Position numbers and translations under genes: made by a program. A DNA stretch of 43,860 bases from Actinomycetota bacterium (GTDB lineage: Bacteria > Actinomycetota > Acidimicrobiia > Spongiisociales > UBA4744), in the NCBI GenBank assembly GCA_013152275.1, contig JAADGS010000035.1, forward strand, positions 1-43,860. Reading direction: 5' to 3'. Positions 19,614 through 28,658 of this stretch are shown piece by piece; position 1 is the first letter of the stretch, and each line of letters starts with the position of its first letter. The notes under the pieces are model-generated. The model saw only the letters and a program-made list of their open reading frames with translations, was not told the origin of the DNA and did no database searches.

Positions 19614-19957
19614 TCTGTGATGGAACCTTCGATCGTCTGGTGCACGTCCCCTCGGGGCAGCGCGGTACGGTCGCCGACACGATGGCGGCACGCCGTGGAG
19701 CCGGCACCGTCGAGCGGGTCATGGCGGCAACGACCGTTCCCGCCGTCCTCGGTGCCGAGCCGGAGAATGACCCCGACGTCACGCGCGAGGGCCGGCGGCA
19801 GGCCCTGCGAATCCCGCTCGTGTGTGGCCTTGTCGAGGGAGGGGCTCTGCTCGATCCCAAGGGTGACGATGTCCCGACTGCCGTCGAACGTGCGGTCCGA
19901 TTACTTGAAGGAGGACGACATGGCCAGACGTTTCTATCCGGCAGAATCCAGTGGTAG
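19610..19957 (+). pseudogene. Internally deleted remnant of the actinobacterial iol-cluster aldolase (Cgl0159-like)
   Basis: GTGA-coupled to iolC. About 115 aa carrying the family C-terminus in degenerate form (ERVMAATTVP, ALRIPLVCGLVEGGALLDPKGDDVPTAV), at the usual position between iolC and iolB. Confidence 0.7.
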
Positions 19958-20789
19958 CGAGACGAACACGGTGGAGATCACCGCAACCCGGGCAGGGTGG
20001 CGGTACTCGGGCCTGCGTGTCTTGCGCCTGGCGGCCGACACGACACACGAGTTGACCACCGGGACCACCGAGATGGCGATACTTCCGCTCTCCGGTGGGT
20101 TGACGGTCGAGGTGGAGTCGCGCTCCTTCCACCTCGATGGGAGAGCCGGTGTGTTCGCCGCGGTCACCGATTTCGCCTATGTGCCGATCGATACCGACCT
20201 GCGGATGACCACGCGCGGGCCGTGCGAGGTCGCTCTTTGTACCGCCGAGGCCACCCGGCGCATCGACCCGTATCGAGTCGCCGCTCAGGACGTCCGGATC
20301 GAGGTGAGGGGAGGGGGCGCCGGGACTCGCCAGATCAACAACTTCCTCAGCGCAGACGTAGCCGATGCCGACAAGCTCATCGCCGTGGAAGTGCTGACGC
20401 CTGAAGGTGGCTGGTCGTCGTATCCACCGCACAGGCACGACCGGACGAACGAGGCGGAGATCGAACTCGAGGAGATCTACTACTTCCGTATCGACGGCGA
20501 GAGCGGGTTCGGGTTCTTCAGCTGTTACACCGGCGACGGCGAGATCGACGACACGCTGAAGGTGCACGATGGCGACGTGTATCTCGTCCCACGGGGTTTT
20601 CACGGTCCGGCTGCGGCCGCTCCACGGCACCACATGTACTACCTCAACGTGATGGCGGGCCCATCTCCGGAACGCGCATGGCGATTCTGTGACGACCCCC
20701 GGCATGCATGGGTCCGCGACGCCCTGGAGCGACTTCCGGCGGACCCGCGTCTCCCGATGACCGGCGCCGAACCTGCTCGAAACCTCTGA
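19920..20789 (+). CDS. iolB: 5-deoxy-glucuronate isomerase
   Basis: EVLTPEGGWSSYPPHRHD, LEEIYYF, GFHGP and YYLNVMAGP; RBS AAGGAGG. Confidence 0.94.
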   Translation: MARRFYPAESSGSETNTVEITATRAGWRYSGLRVLRLAADTTHELTTGTTEMAILPLSGGLTVEVESRSFHLDGRAGVFAAVTDFAYVPIDTDLRMTTRGPCEVALCTAEATRRIDPYRVAAQDVRIEVRGGGAGTRQINNFLSADVADADKLIAVEVLTPEGGWSSYPPHRHDRTNEAEIELEEIYYFRIDGESGFGFFSCYTGDGEIDDTLKVHDGDVYLVPRGFHGPAAAAPRHHMYYLNVMAGPSPERAWRFCDDPRHAWVRDALERLPADPRLPMTGAEPARNL

Positions 20790-20888
20790 TGGAATGAAGA
20801 AACGGGACCTCCGCCATGCCCTCCCGTCGAGCGCAGGAGGGCAGAATCGGTGTGAGAGATCTTCTGCATCCCGATGCCGGCGGAGATC

Positions 20889-20921
20889 GGTGAGAGACCG
20901 TTCGCGAATCTGTCTCTCACC
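20889..20921. repeat. Inverted repeat between iolB and recQ
   Basis: Arms GGTGAGAGAC / GTCTCTCACC flank an inner TTCGCGAA palindrome, just upstream of a TAGGTT hexamer (20927-20932). Confidence 0.6.
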
Positions 20922-20938
20922 ATGGGTAGGTTGACGCC

Positions 20939-23002
20939 ATGACCGAAGAGATCCAGGAGCTGCGGGACCGGGCGCTGGCCGTGCTCGCCCGCCTTGTCGG
21001 TGACGGGGCCACGTTTCGCCCCGGCCAGTGGGAGGCGATTCGCGCCGTCGTCGCCGACCGCAGGAAGACGCTCGTCGTGCAGCGAACCGGCTGGGGGAAG
21101 AGTGCCGTCTACCTGATAGCGACGAAGCTGCTGCGCGAATCGGGGAGCGGCCCCACCGTCATCGTGTCGCCTCTGTTGGCTCTGATGCGCAACCAACTCG
21201 AGATGGCCGACGCACTGGAGCTGAGGAGCGAGACGGTGAACTCGTCGAATCGAGACGAGTGGGATCGGGTCTACTCGGCCATCTCCGACGGCACGATCGA
21301 TCTGCTGCTCATCTCACCGGAACGGCTGAACAATCCGACGTTCCGTAGCGAAGCCCTTCCCCGGCTGGCTCGCGACCTCGGGCTGCTCGTCGTCGACGAG
21401 GTCCACTGCATCTCCGACTGGGGCCATGACTTCCGTCCCGACTACCGGCGGCTGGGGAAGGTGGTGGCTTCGCTGCCGCACAACGTTGCGGTTCTGGGTA
21501 CGACCGCCACTGCGAACGACCGTGTCGTCGAGGACGTGAAGCTGCAGCTTGGAGGGGACCTGGTCGAGATTCGTGGAGGGCTCGACCGCGAGAGCCTCAT
21601 GCTCCAGATCATCGCCCTTCCCGATCGGGCCGACCGGCTCGCATGGCTCGCTGCGACGATCCCGCGTCTGGAGGGTTCAGGCATCGTCTACTGCCTCACG
21701 ATCCGGGACGCCGAGCGTGTGGGCCGCTGGCTGGTCGGCAGGGGCATCGAGGCGGCCACGTACACGAGCCGCTCGGACGATGAGGCGCGCCTCGCCATCG
21801 AGGATCGGCTCCGGCATGGAACGCTGGACGTGGTCGTCGCCACTTCGGCTCTCGGGATGGGATACGACAACCCCAACATCCGCTTTGTCATCCACTATCA
21901 GTCGCCGGGCTCACCGGTCGCGTACTACCAGCAGGTCGGACGGGCCGGGCGCGCCGTCGACACGGCGTACGGGGTGCTGCTCACCGGCGAGGAGGACCGG
22001 GACATTCAGGACTACTTCATCCGTGTCGCCTTCCCCGGCGCCGAGGACGTGGATGCGGTGCTCACGCATCTCGGTGGGGCGGGCGGTGCCACGCTGACGA
22101 ACCTCGAGAGCGTCGTCAACGTGCAGCGCACCCGCCTTGCGGGCCTGCTGAAGATCCTCGAGGTCGAAGGCGCCGTCTATCAGGAGGCAAGCAGGTGGTA
22201 CCGGTCGGCGTCTCGCTGGACGTATCCGGTCGAGCGCATCGCCGGTGTGACGGCGGCGCGGCGCGCCGAGCAGGAAGCCATGGTGGAGTACGCGTCGACC
22301 GACCGGTGTCTCATGCAGTTCCTGCGACGCCGGCTCGACGATGCATCCGCCGAACCGTGCGGCCGGTGCGCGAACTGCGCGGGCAGTCCACTGCCGGAGG
22401 ACATCCCGGCGGAGCTTCGATCCGAGGCGCTCCGGTTCCTCGATCGTATCGGTCTTCCGATTCCGCCCCGCAAGCGGTGGCCGCCCAAGATCGACGGGGC
22501 GGACGGGCTGCGCGAAACGCTGGAGGAGGGACGGGTCCTGTCGGTGTGGGGTGACCCGGGCTGGGCTCGAATGGCGCGCTCGGACAAGGACAAGGACCGG
22601 CGGTTCTCCGACGATCTCGTCGAGGCGCTCGCGGCGATGGTGGACGGTTGGGATATGGATCCGGCTCCGGCGTGGCTCACCTGGGTGCCGGCATTCGGAG
22701 GTGGGGGCCCGGTCGCCGACTTCGCCCTCCGCCTGGCCGCCAGGCTGGGCCTTCCGGCGGTGCCCGCCGTGAGAAAGGTCGTGGAGACACCGCTGCAGAA
22801 GACGATGCGCAACAGTTTCCAGCAGGCCCGCAACGTGCTGCACGCCTTCGAAGTGACACAGGTACGTGCCGATCCGGTGCTGCTGTTCGACGACACGGTC
22901 GATACGCGCTGGACCTTCACCGCGGTCGGGGCCCGGCTTCTGCACGCCGGTTCCGGCCCGGTCTACCCTGTGGCTCTCGTGGACACTTCGGGGGCACGTT
23001 GA
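20939..23002 (+). CDS. recQ: RecQ-family ATP-dependent helicase with C-terminal PRTase-like domain
   Basis: QRTGWGKS, SPLLALM, DEVHCISDWGHDFRP, YYQQVGRAGR, Zn site C...CGRCANC and C-terminal VLLFDDTVDTRWT. Confidence 0.92.
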   Translation: MTEEIQELRDRALAVLARLVGDGATFRPGQWEAIRAVVADRRKTLVVQRTGWGKSAVYLIATKLLRESGSGPTVIVSPLLALMRNQLEMADALELRSETVNSSNRDEWDRVYSAISDGTIDLLLISPERLNNPTFRSEALPRLARDLGLLVVDEVHCISDWGHDFRPDYRRLGKVVASLPHNVAVLGTTATANDRVVEDVKLQLGGDLVEIRGGLDRESLMLQIIALPDRADRLAWLAATIPRLEGSGIVYCLTIRDAERVGRWLVGRGIEAATYTSRSDDEARLAIEDRLRHGTLDVVVATSALGMGYDNPNIRFVIHYQSPGSPVAYYQQVGRAGRAVDTAYGVLLTGEEDRDIQDYFIRVAFPGAEDVDAVLTHLGGAGGATLTNLESVVNVQRTRLAGLLKILEVEGAVYQEASRWYRSASRWTYPVERIAGVTAARRAEQEAMVEYASTDRCLMQFLRRRLDDASAEPCGRCANCAGSPLPEDIPAELRSEALRFLDRIGLPIPPRKRWPPKIDGADGLRETLEEGRVLSVWGDPGWARMARSDKDKDRRFSDDLVEALAAMVDGWDMDPAPAWLTWVPAFGGGGPVADFALRLAARLGLPAVPAVRKVVETPLQKTMRNSFQQARNVLHAFEVTQVRADPVLLFDDTVDTRWTFTAVGARLLHAGSGPVYPVALVDTSGAR

Positions 23003-23949
23003 TGACGATGACCGAGGATGCCAAGGCCGCCGTGGTCTTGGCATCGTCGCTCGGTCGGCGGGACCGTCCCGCCTTGCCGCCGGCGCTGTGGCGTCGTCTC
23101 GTGCAGGCCCTACAGGATGCCGGGTTGCGCCCCGGGGACCTGTTTCGCTCCGACGTCGACGCGATCGGCAAGGCCGCGATCCCCGAGGAGCTCGCCGAAC
23201 GGATCCGCGTGCTCATCGAGGACACCGTCGCCGTCGTTGTCGAGATCGACACGCTGGCGGGCAAGGGGATCCGACCGGTCACGATCGAGGACGCCGCCTA
23301 TCCGGACCGGTACAGGTCGAAGTTGGGCACCCAGGCTCCACCGGTGCTGTTCGTGGTCGGCGACCGGACGCTTCTCGAGCGCGACGGGGTCGGAATCGTC
23401 GGGTCCCGCAACGTGGACGAGGACGGCGCCGGCGTCGCCGGGAGGCTGGCCGAAGAGGCCGCCCGGGCGGGGCGGACGGTCATCTCGGGTGGCGCGAGAG
23501 GCGTCGACCGGTTGGCGATGGCTGCGGCGTTCGAGGCCGGCGGTTCGGTCGTCGGCGTCCTCGCGGACTCCCTGGCGGGCCGGATCCGAAAGCCCGATAC
23601 GCTGCGTGCGCTCGACAGCGGCCGGATCTGCCTGATCACCCACCAGCACCCCGGTGCAGGGTTCGGTGCCGGCGCCGCGGTGGCCCGCAACAAGCTGATC
23701 TACGCCCTCGCGAAGCTGACGGTGGTCGTGGCCGCAGACAGGGGGCGCGGTGGCACGTGGGAGGGTGCGAGCGAGGCCCTGCGGTCCGGCTACGGGAGGG
23801 TGGCGGTGTGGCGCGGCGGCGGCGAGGGGCCGGGCAACGCGGCGCTGCAGGAGCGTGGTGCCGAGCCGATTCGGGCCGTGGGGGAGCTCTGTGACCTCGT
23901 TGATGCCGACACTCCGGAACCGCCCGCGCAGATGTCGATGCTCGAGTGA
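23002..23949 (+). CDS. dprA: DprA/Smf-like DNA-processing protein
   Basis: YP...APPVLF, GIVGSR, ISGGARGVD, ARNKLIYAL and GGTWEG; TGATG coupling to recQ. Confidence 0.88.
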   Translation: MTMTEDAKAAVVLASSLGRRDRPALPPALWRRLVQALQDAGLRPGDLFRSDVDAIGKAAIPEELAERIRVLIEDTVAVVVEIDTLAGKGIRPVTIEDAAYPDRYRSKLGTQAPPVLFVVGDRTLLERDGVGIVGSRNVDEDGAGVAGRLAEEAARAGRTVISGGARGVDRLAMAAAFEAGGSVVGVLADSLAGRIRKPDTLRALDSGRICLITHQHPGAGFGAGAAVARNKLIYALAKLTVVVAADRGRGGTWEGASEALRSGYGRVAVWRGGGEGPGNAALQERGAEPIRAVGELCDLVDADTPEPPAQMSMLE

Positions 23950-24272
23950 ACCTCCGACACGTGGGCGATGCGGGAATCCTGCCGTTCGGTCATGATGCCA
24001 TGGCGCCCGAAAGGTCGGTGGAGCCGTCGACCCGTTCGATGCGGCCGTCCTGCCTGCGGCGATCGGCTCGGGCCGGGTGATGATCGGCGTTCGGAACGGG
24101 GGAGGCTCGACCCTCGTTGATCGAGCGACGTGGCCGCCTGGGGTGCGGAGTTGCCGGGAGGGTCACCTGTGAAGCAGGTCCATGTCTTCCCGCCCGCCTC
24201 ACGCCGTGGGCTGCGCGGGATTCCTCACATGTGTGCCGTGGAGGCGATCCCATCACAGCATTTCTGATACTC

Positions 24273-24292
24273 ATTATCTATAGTGCAATCAT
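24273..24292. promoter_or_regulatory. Putative MarR operator ATTATCTATAGTGCAATCAT
   Basis: AT-rich imperfect 20-bp palindrome; related sequences recur at 31001, 31031, 32855, 32873, 40006 and 40024. Confidence 0.55.
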
Positions 24293-24357
24293 CGTTGTAA
24301 GACCCTATGATCGTCGATGACAGGTGATGAGGTGGCAGTGACCGGAAGCGAGCAGTA

Positions 24358-25542
24358 ATGGGAGGCTTCGTCGCACCCGGGTTCGAGCCGGTATCCGAGG
24401 TGTTCGCTCGGCACCTCAGGGATGGCATCGAGAAAGGCGCAGCGGTGGCGCTGTACCGCCATGGCCGGCTGGTCGTCGACCTCTGGGGTGGTGAGGCCCG
24501 GCCGGGTGAGCGTTGGGCCGAGGACACCGTCGTGCCCGTCTTCTCCACATCCAAGGGAGCGGTGGCGCTGGTGGTCCAACTCCTGTGCGATCGCGGCGTC
24601 CTGGCGGTGGATCGGCCTGTGGCGGCCTACTGGCCGGAGTTCGGGGTCAACGGCAAGTCGACGATCACCCTCGAGCATGTTCTGACCCACACCGCCGGTC
24701 TGCCCTCGGTCCCCGACTACCAGGAGATCGTCACCCACGACTCGCCCGAGGGGTGGGATCGTCGTGAAGAGATCGTCTCCCGACTCGCCGCGGCAGCCCC
24801 CGAATGGGAGCCGGGATCGCGGCCCGGGTATCACGCCATCACCTTCGGGTGGCTCATCGGTGAAGTGGTGCGACGGGTGACGGGGCGTCCGATCGGAGAC
24901 GTGTTCGCCACCGAGATCGCCCGGCCGCTCGGAATGGACACCTGGCTCGGGATACCGGCGGAGATCACTGATCGGGTCGGCCATCTCATCGCGCCGCTTC
25001 CCCCCTCCGACCCCGAAGAGGCCGAGCTGCTCGCCCGGGTGCTGAGCCCGGAAACGGTTACCGCGCGCGCCCTCATGGTCGGCCCGAGCGGCGGGCTCGA
25101 TCACGTCGCCGAAGTGGCCAACAGCCCGCTCTTCCTGCAGGCGGAGATACCCGCCGGCAACATGGTCACCGACGCCCGGAGCGTTGCCCGCATGTACGCC
25201 ATGCTCGTGGCCGGCGGTTCCCTCGACGGGGTTCGGATCGTGTCCGAAGACTCGATCACCGAACACACCCGGGTTCGGGTGGAAGCCTACGATGAGGTGC
25301 TCATGAAGGACCGGCGCTACGCCCTGGGATACATGCTCCAGGCCGAGCCGATCGGGCGGTTCGGTCCCAACCCAAACGCTTTCGGTCATCCCGGAATGGG
25401 AGGGTCGGTCGGATTCGCCGACCCTCGAGCCGGGGTGAGCTTCGCATATGTGATGACCCAGATGGTTCCGGCGCTCGACACGGACGAACGGTCGCGGGCC
25501 CTGGTGGATGCCGTCTACGAAAGCCTGGAGGCCGAGAGGTGA
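24358..25542 (+). CDS. Serine hydrolase, beta-lactamase/family VIII esterase type
   Basis: FSTSK (SxxK), LTHTAGL, GYHAITFGW and FGHPGMGGSVGFADP. Confidence 0.9.
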   Translation: MGGFVAPGFEPVSEVFARHLRDGIEKGAAVALYRHGRLVVDLWGGEARPGERWAEDTVVPVFSTSKGAVALVVQLLCDRGVLAVDRPVAAYWPEFGVNGKSTITLEHVLTHTAGLPSVPDYQEIVTHDSPEGWDRREEIVSRLAAAAPEWEPGSRPGYHAITFGWLIGEVVRRVTGRPIGDVFATEIARPLGMDTWLGIPAEITDRVGHLIAPLPPSDPEEAELLARVLSPETVTARALMVGPSGGLDHVAEVANSPLFLQAEIPAGNMVTDARSVARMYAMLVAGGSLDGVRIVSEDSITEHTRVRVEAYDEVLMKDRRYALGYMLQAEPIGRFGPNPNAFGHPGMGGSVGFADPRAGVSFAYVMTQMVPALDTDERSRALVDAVYESLEAER

Positions 25543-25549
25543 ACCGACC

Positions 25550-26569
25550 ATGAAGATGCGGATGAACCAGGCCATCGCCCGGGCGTTGGCCGACGAGATG
25601 CGAGCCGACCCGTCCGTGGTCGTGTTCGGGGAAGACGTGGCCGAGGCCGGCGGCGTCTTCAAGACGAGCGTGGGACTGCTCGACGAGTTCGGTCCCATGC
25701 GGGTGCGAAACACCCCGATCTCGGAGCTGGCGATCGCCGGAGCGGCCGTCGGAGCCGCCGCCGCCGGGCTGCGGCCGGTGGCCGAGATCATGTTCGTCGA
25801 CTTCATCGGGCTGGCCCTGGACCCGATCGTCACCCAGGGCGCGTTCATGCACTACCTCTCCAACGGATCGGTCACTGCCCCGCTGGTCATCAGAACCACG
25901 GTGGGATCCGGTCGGGGCATGGGAGCGACCCACTCCCGCACGCTGGAGTCCTGGTTCCTGCAGGCGCCGGGACTGAAGGTGGCGGCGGTATCGAGCCCCC
26001 GGACCGCCTACGGGTTGTTACGAGCCGCCATCCGCGATGACGCTCCGGTGGTGATGCTCGAGCCAAAGATGCTCTACGGGAAACGAGAGGACTTCGAGCC
26101 CGGAGACGACGCCATCATCCCCCTCGGCCGCGGCGAGGTCGTTCGCTCCGGGAGCGACGCCACCGTGGTCACGCTCGGACCGACCGTCGATGTCGGGACA
26201 CGGGTGGCCGATGAATCGGCAGCCTCGCTGGAGGTGATCGACCTCCGGTCGATCCGGCCGTGGGACGAGGATCTCGTTTGTACATCGGTGCGCAAGACGG
26301 GCCGGCTCGTGATCGTGGAAGAAGGCCCCCACACCGGCGGCTGGAGCAACACCGTGGCCGCAACCGTCGGCGTCGAGCTGTTCGGAGAGATGAGGGCACC
26401 CATCTTCCGCATCACCAGCCCGGACGTTCCGGTTCCTTTCGCCCGGCGGCTCGAGACCGAGATGTACTTCCCGTCGCCGACCTGGGTGGGACCGGCCGTG
26501 GAGCGATTCCTCGACACCGACCAGGTGCCGCCCTTGTGGTGGCAAACCGAGCGAGGGGAGGCGAGCTGA
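25550..26569 (+). CDS. ThDP-dependent dehydrogenase E1 beta subunit
   Basis: FGEDVAEAGGVF, NTPISE, AEIMFVDF, THSR and EVIDLRSIRPWD. Confidence 0.9.
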   Translation: MKMRMNQAIARALADEMRADPSVVVFGEDVAEAGGVFKTSVGLLDEFGPMRVRNTPISELAIAGAAVGAAAAGLRPVAEIMFVDFIGLALDPIVTQGAFMHYLSNGSVTAPLVIRTTVGSGRGMGATHSRTLESWFLQAPGLKVAAVSSPRTAYGLLRAAIRDDAPVVMLEPKMLYGKREDFEPGDDAIIPLGRGEVVRSGSDATVVTLGPTVDVGTRVADESAASLEVIDLRSIRPWDEDLVCTSVRKTGRLVIVEEGPHTGGWSNTVAATVGVELFGEMRAPIFRITSPDVPVPFARRLETEMYFPSPTWVGPAVERFLDTDQVPPLWWQTERGEAS

Positions 26570-27606
26570 TGGCCATCATCGCCAAGACGGGGCCGAGCAG
26601 CACGTTCGATGGTTCATCGGCCCTCGAGCGGAGGGAAGCGGTGCGGTCCGACCGGGTCGCCCGATACGAGCGTATGGTCGAGATTCGCCTGGTGGAGCAA
26701 CGCATCAGAGACCTGCTGACGGAGGGACACGCCTGGGGCACCACCCACTCGTGTGACGGGCAGGAAGCGGTCGCCGTCGGCATCGCGGCCGCGGCCCGTC
26801 CGACGGACCTGGTGGTCGGCTCCCACCGCGCCCATGGGCTGGGAATGGCTCTCGGGATGTCACCCGAGGCGATCATCGCCGAGATAATGGGGAAGAGCGA
26901 CGGCGCAGTGGGCGGGACCGGTGGGTCCGCCCATCTCACCGACACGACGATCGGCCTGCTGTACACGGTGACCCTCATGGGCGCCGGCATCCCGGTGACC
27001 GTCGGGAACGCCATGGCCATTCAGGTGACGGGGAGCGACGCCGTGGCGATCTCGGTGTTCGGGGACGGTGCCGCCAACATCGGGGCGTTTCACGAAGGTC
27101 TCAACCTGGCGTCGGTGTGGAAAGTGCCGGCGGTGTTCGTGTGTGAGAACAACCATTACGGCGAGTACTCGCGGTATGACAAGACCACGCCGATCACCAT
27201 CATCGCCAAGCGGGCCGAGTCGTATGCGATGCCCTGGCTCCATGTGGATGGTCAGGACGTCGATGCGGTCGCCGCGGCCATCGAAGAGGCGATCGACCGG
27301 GCTCGCCGAGGCGGCGGTCCAACGCTCGTGGAGGCAAAGACGTACCGCTACCAGGGACACAACCGCACCGATCGGGCCGTCTACCGGCCCGAAGGCGAGT
27401 TGGAGGAATGGCTGGCACGTGATCCGATCACGATCCTGGGTGAGCGACTCGTCACCGAGGGTCTGCTGGATGCTGCCGGCATCGACGAGATCCGGGCCCG
27501 CGGCGAGCAGCGGGTCGAAGCCGCGGTGGAGTTCGCATTCGCCAGTCCCGAGCCGGACACCGCGGCGATGTTCCGCTACGTGTATCCGAAGGAGGTGGAC
27601 GCATGA
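26569..27606 (+). CDS. ThDP-dependent dehydrogenase E1 alpha subunit
   Basis: HSCDGQEA, GTGGSAH, FGDGA...CENN and TYRYQGH; TGATG coupling to the beta gene. Confidence 0.9.
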   Translation: MAIIAKTGPSSTFDGSSALERREAVRSDRVARYERMVEIRLVEQRIRDLLTEGHAWGTTHSCDGQEAVAVGIAAAARPTDLVVGSHRAHGLGMALGMSPEAIIAEIMGKSDGAVGGTGGSAHLTDTTIGLLYTVTLMGAGIPVTVGNAMAIQVTGSDAVAISVFGDGAANIGAFHEGLNLASVWKVPAVFVCENNHYGEYSRYDKTTPITIIAKRAESYAMPWLHVDGQDVDAVAAAIEEAIDRARRGGGPTLVEAKTYRYQGHNRTDRAVYRPEGELEEWLARDPITILGERLVTEGLLDAAGIDEIRARGEQRVEAAVEFAFASPEPDTAAMFRYVYPKEVDA

Positions 27607-27842
27607 TGGTGACCGTCAAGCTGCCCAAGCTCGGTGAACTCGCCGAGCGGGCGGTACTCCTCGAGTGGTGTTGCGCTCCCGGCGACGTCGTCGAGGTGGG
27701 TCAGGTGCTTGCCGAACTCGAGACCGACAAGGCAACGAGCGAGCTTCCCGCCCCCGTGGCGGGGAAAGTGGTCGAGCTGCTTGCCGCGATCGATGACGAG
27801 CTGACGGTGGGGGACCCGTTGGTCAGGATCGAGGCCGCATGA
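27603..27842 (+). CDS. Stand-alone lipoyl-carrier domain protein
   Basis: 79 aa with VKLPKLGE, GDVV, ETDKA (lipoyl-Lys) and PAPVAG; ATGA overlaps at both ends. Confidence 0.88.
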   Translation: MMVTVKLPKLGELAERAVLLEWCCAPGDVVEVGQVLAELETDKATSELPAPVAGKVVELLAAIDDELTVGDPLVRIEAA

Positions 27843-28642
27843 GTGATCGGATGACAGGCCGCATCGCCCTGATCACCGGAGGTGGGTCCGGCATCGGGGC
27901 CGCCACCGCCCGGCTCTTGGCCCGTGAGGGTGCCGACGTCGTGGTGGTCGAGCACCCCGATCGCTATTCCCAGGCTCTGCCCGTGGCCGAGGACATACGC
28001 CGGACGGGTCGGCGGGCGCTGATCGCCCTGGCCGACGTCGCCGACGAGAAGGCGGTCCGTGACGTGTTCGAGACCGCCGCCGGCGAACTCGGAGTTCCCG
28101 ATTGCGTGGTGGCTGCCGCGGGAGTGGCCGGCCACCCCGATCATGCCGGTCTCGGCTCCCTGGTGGACCTGGATACGGAACAGTGGCAGTTCGTTCTCGA
28201 CATCAACCTCAACGGCGTGTTCTTCACCATCCGTGAGGGTGCCCGGCGGATGATCGATGCCTCACGACCCGGTTCGATCGTGACGCTGGCCTCGGTGGCC
28301 GCAAAGATCCCGACTGCCGGGGTCTACTCGGTATCGAAGGCTGCGGTGTGGATGCTGACCAAGGCCCTGGCACTCGAGACCGCTCCTCACGGAGTGCGGG
28401 TGAATGCCGTCGGCCCCGGGTATATTCGGACGCCGATGCTGGACGATGCCGCCCGGCTCCGTGGTGGTGTCGCCGAAGACTGGTTCACCGAATGGAAGTC
28501 ACGAATCCCGATCGGGCGACTGGGAGAGCCCGAAGACGTTGCGCTCACCGTCCTCTTTCTGGCGAGCGACGACGCACGCTACCTGACGGGCTCCCTGCTG
28601 CATCCCGACGGTGGCATAACGGCGAGGTATGCCGGTGGCTAG
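27839..28642 (+). CDS. SDR family NAD(P)-dependent oxidoreductase
   Basis: TGGGSGIG, YSVSK and VNAVGPGYIRT. Confidence 0.92.
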   Translation: MSDRMTGRIALITGGGSGIGAATARLLAREGADVVVVEHPDRYSQALPVAEDIRRTGRRALIALADVADEKAVRDVFETAAGELGVPDCVVAAAGVAGHPDHAGLGSLVDLDTEQWQFVLDINLNGVFFTIREGARRMIDASRPGSIVTLASVAAKIPTAGVYSVSKAAVWMLTKALALETAPHGVRVNAVGPGYIRTPMLDDAARLRGGVAEDWFTEWKSRIPIGRLGEPEDVALTVLFLASDDARYLTGSLLHPDGGITARYAGG

Positions 28643-28658
28643 AGGAGGGGAATCGCCC

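Noticed and set aside
23990..24274. Minus-strand 94-aa ORF with a tail resembling an ABC ATPase C-terminus (RADRRRQDGRI)
   Set aside because: It has no RBS, low-complexity composition and only a few matching residues.
24358..25542. Beta-lactam resistance gene
   Set aside because: No signal peptide is evident, the motifs are esterase-type (YHA, GHPG), and the gene heads a catabolic operon.
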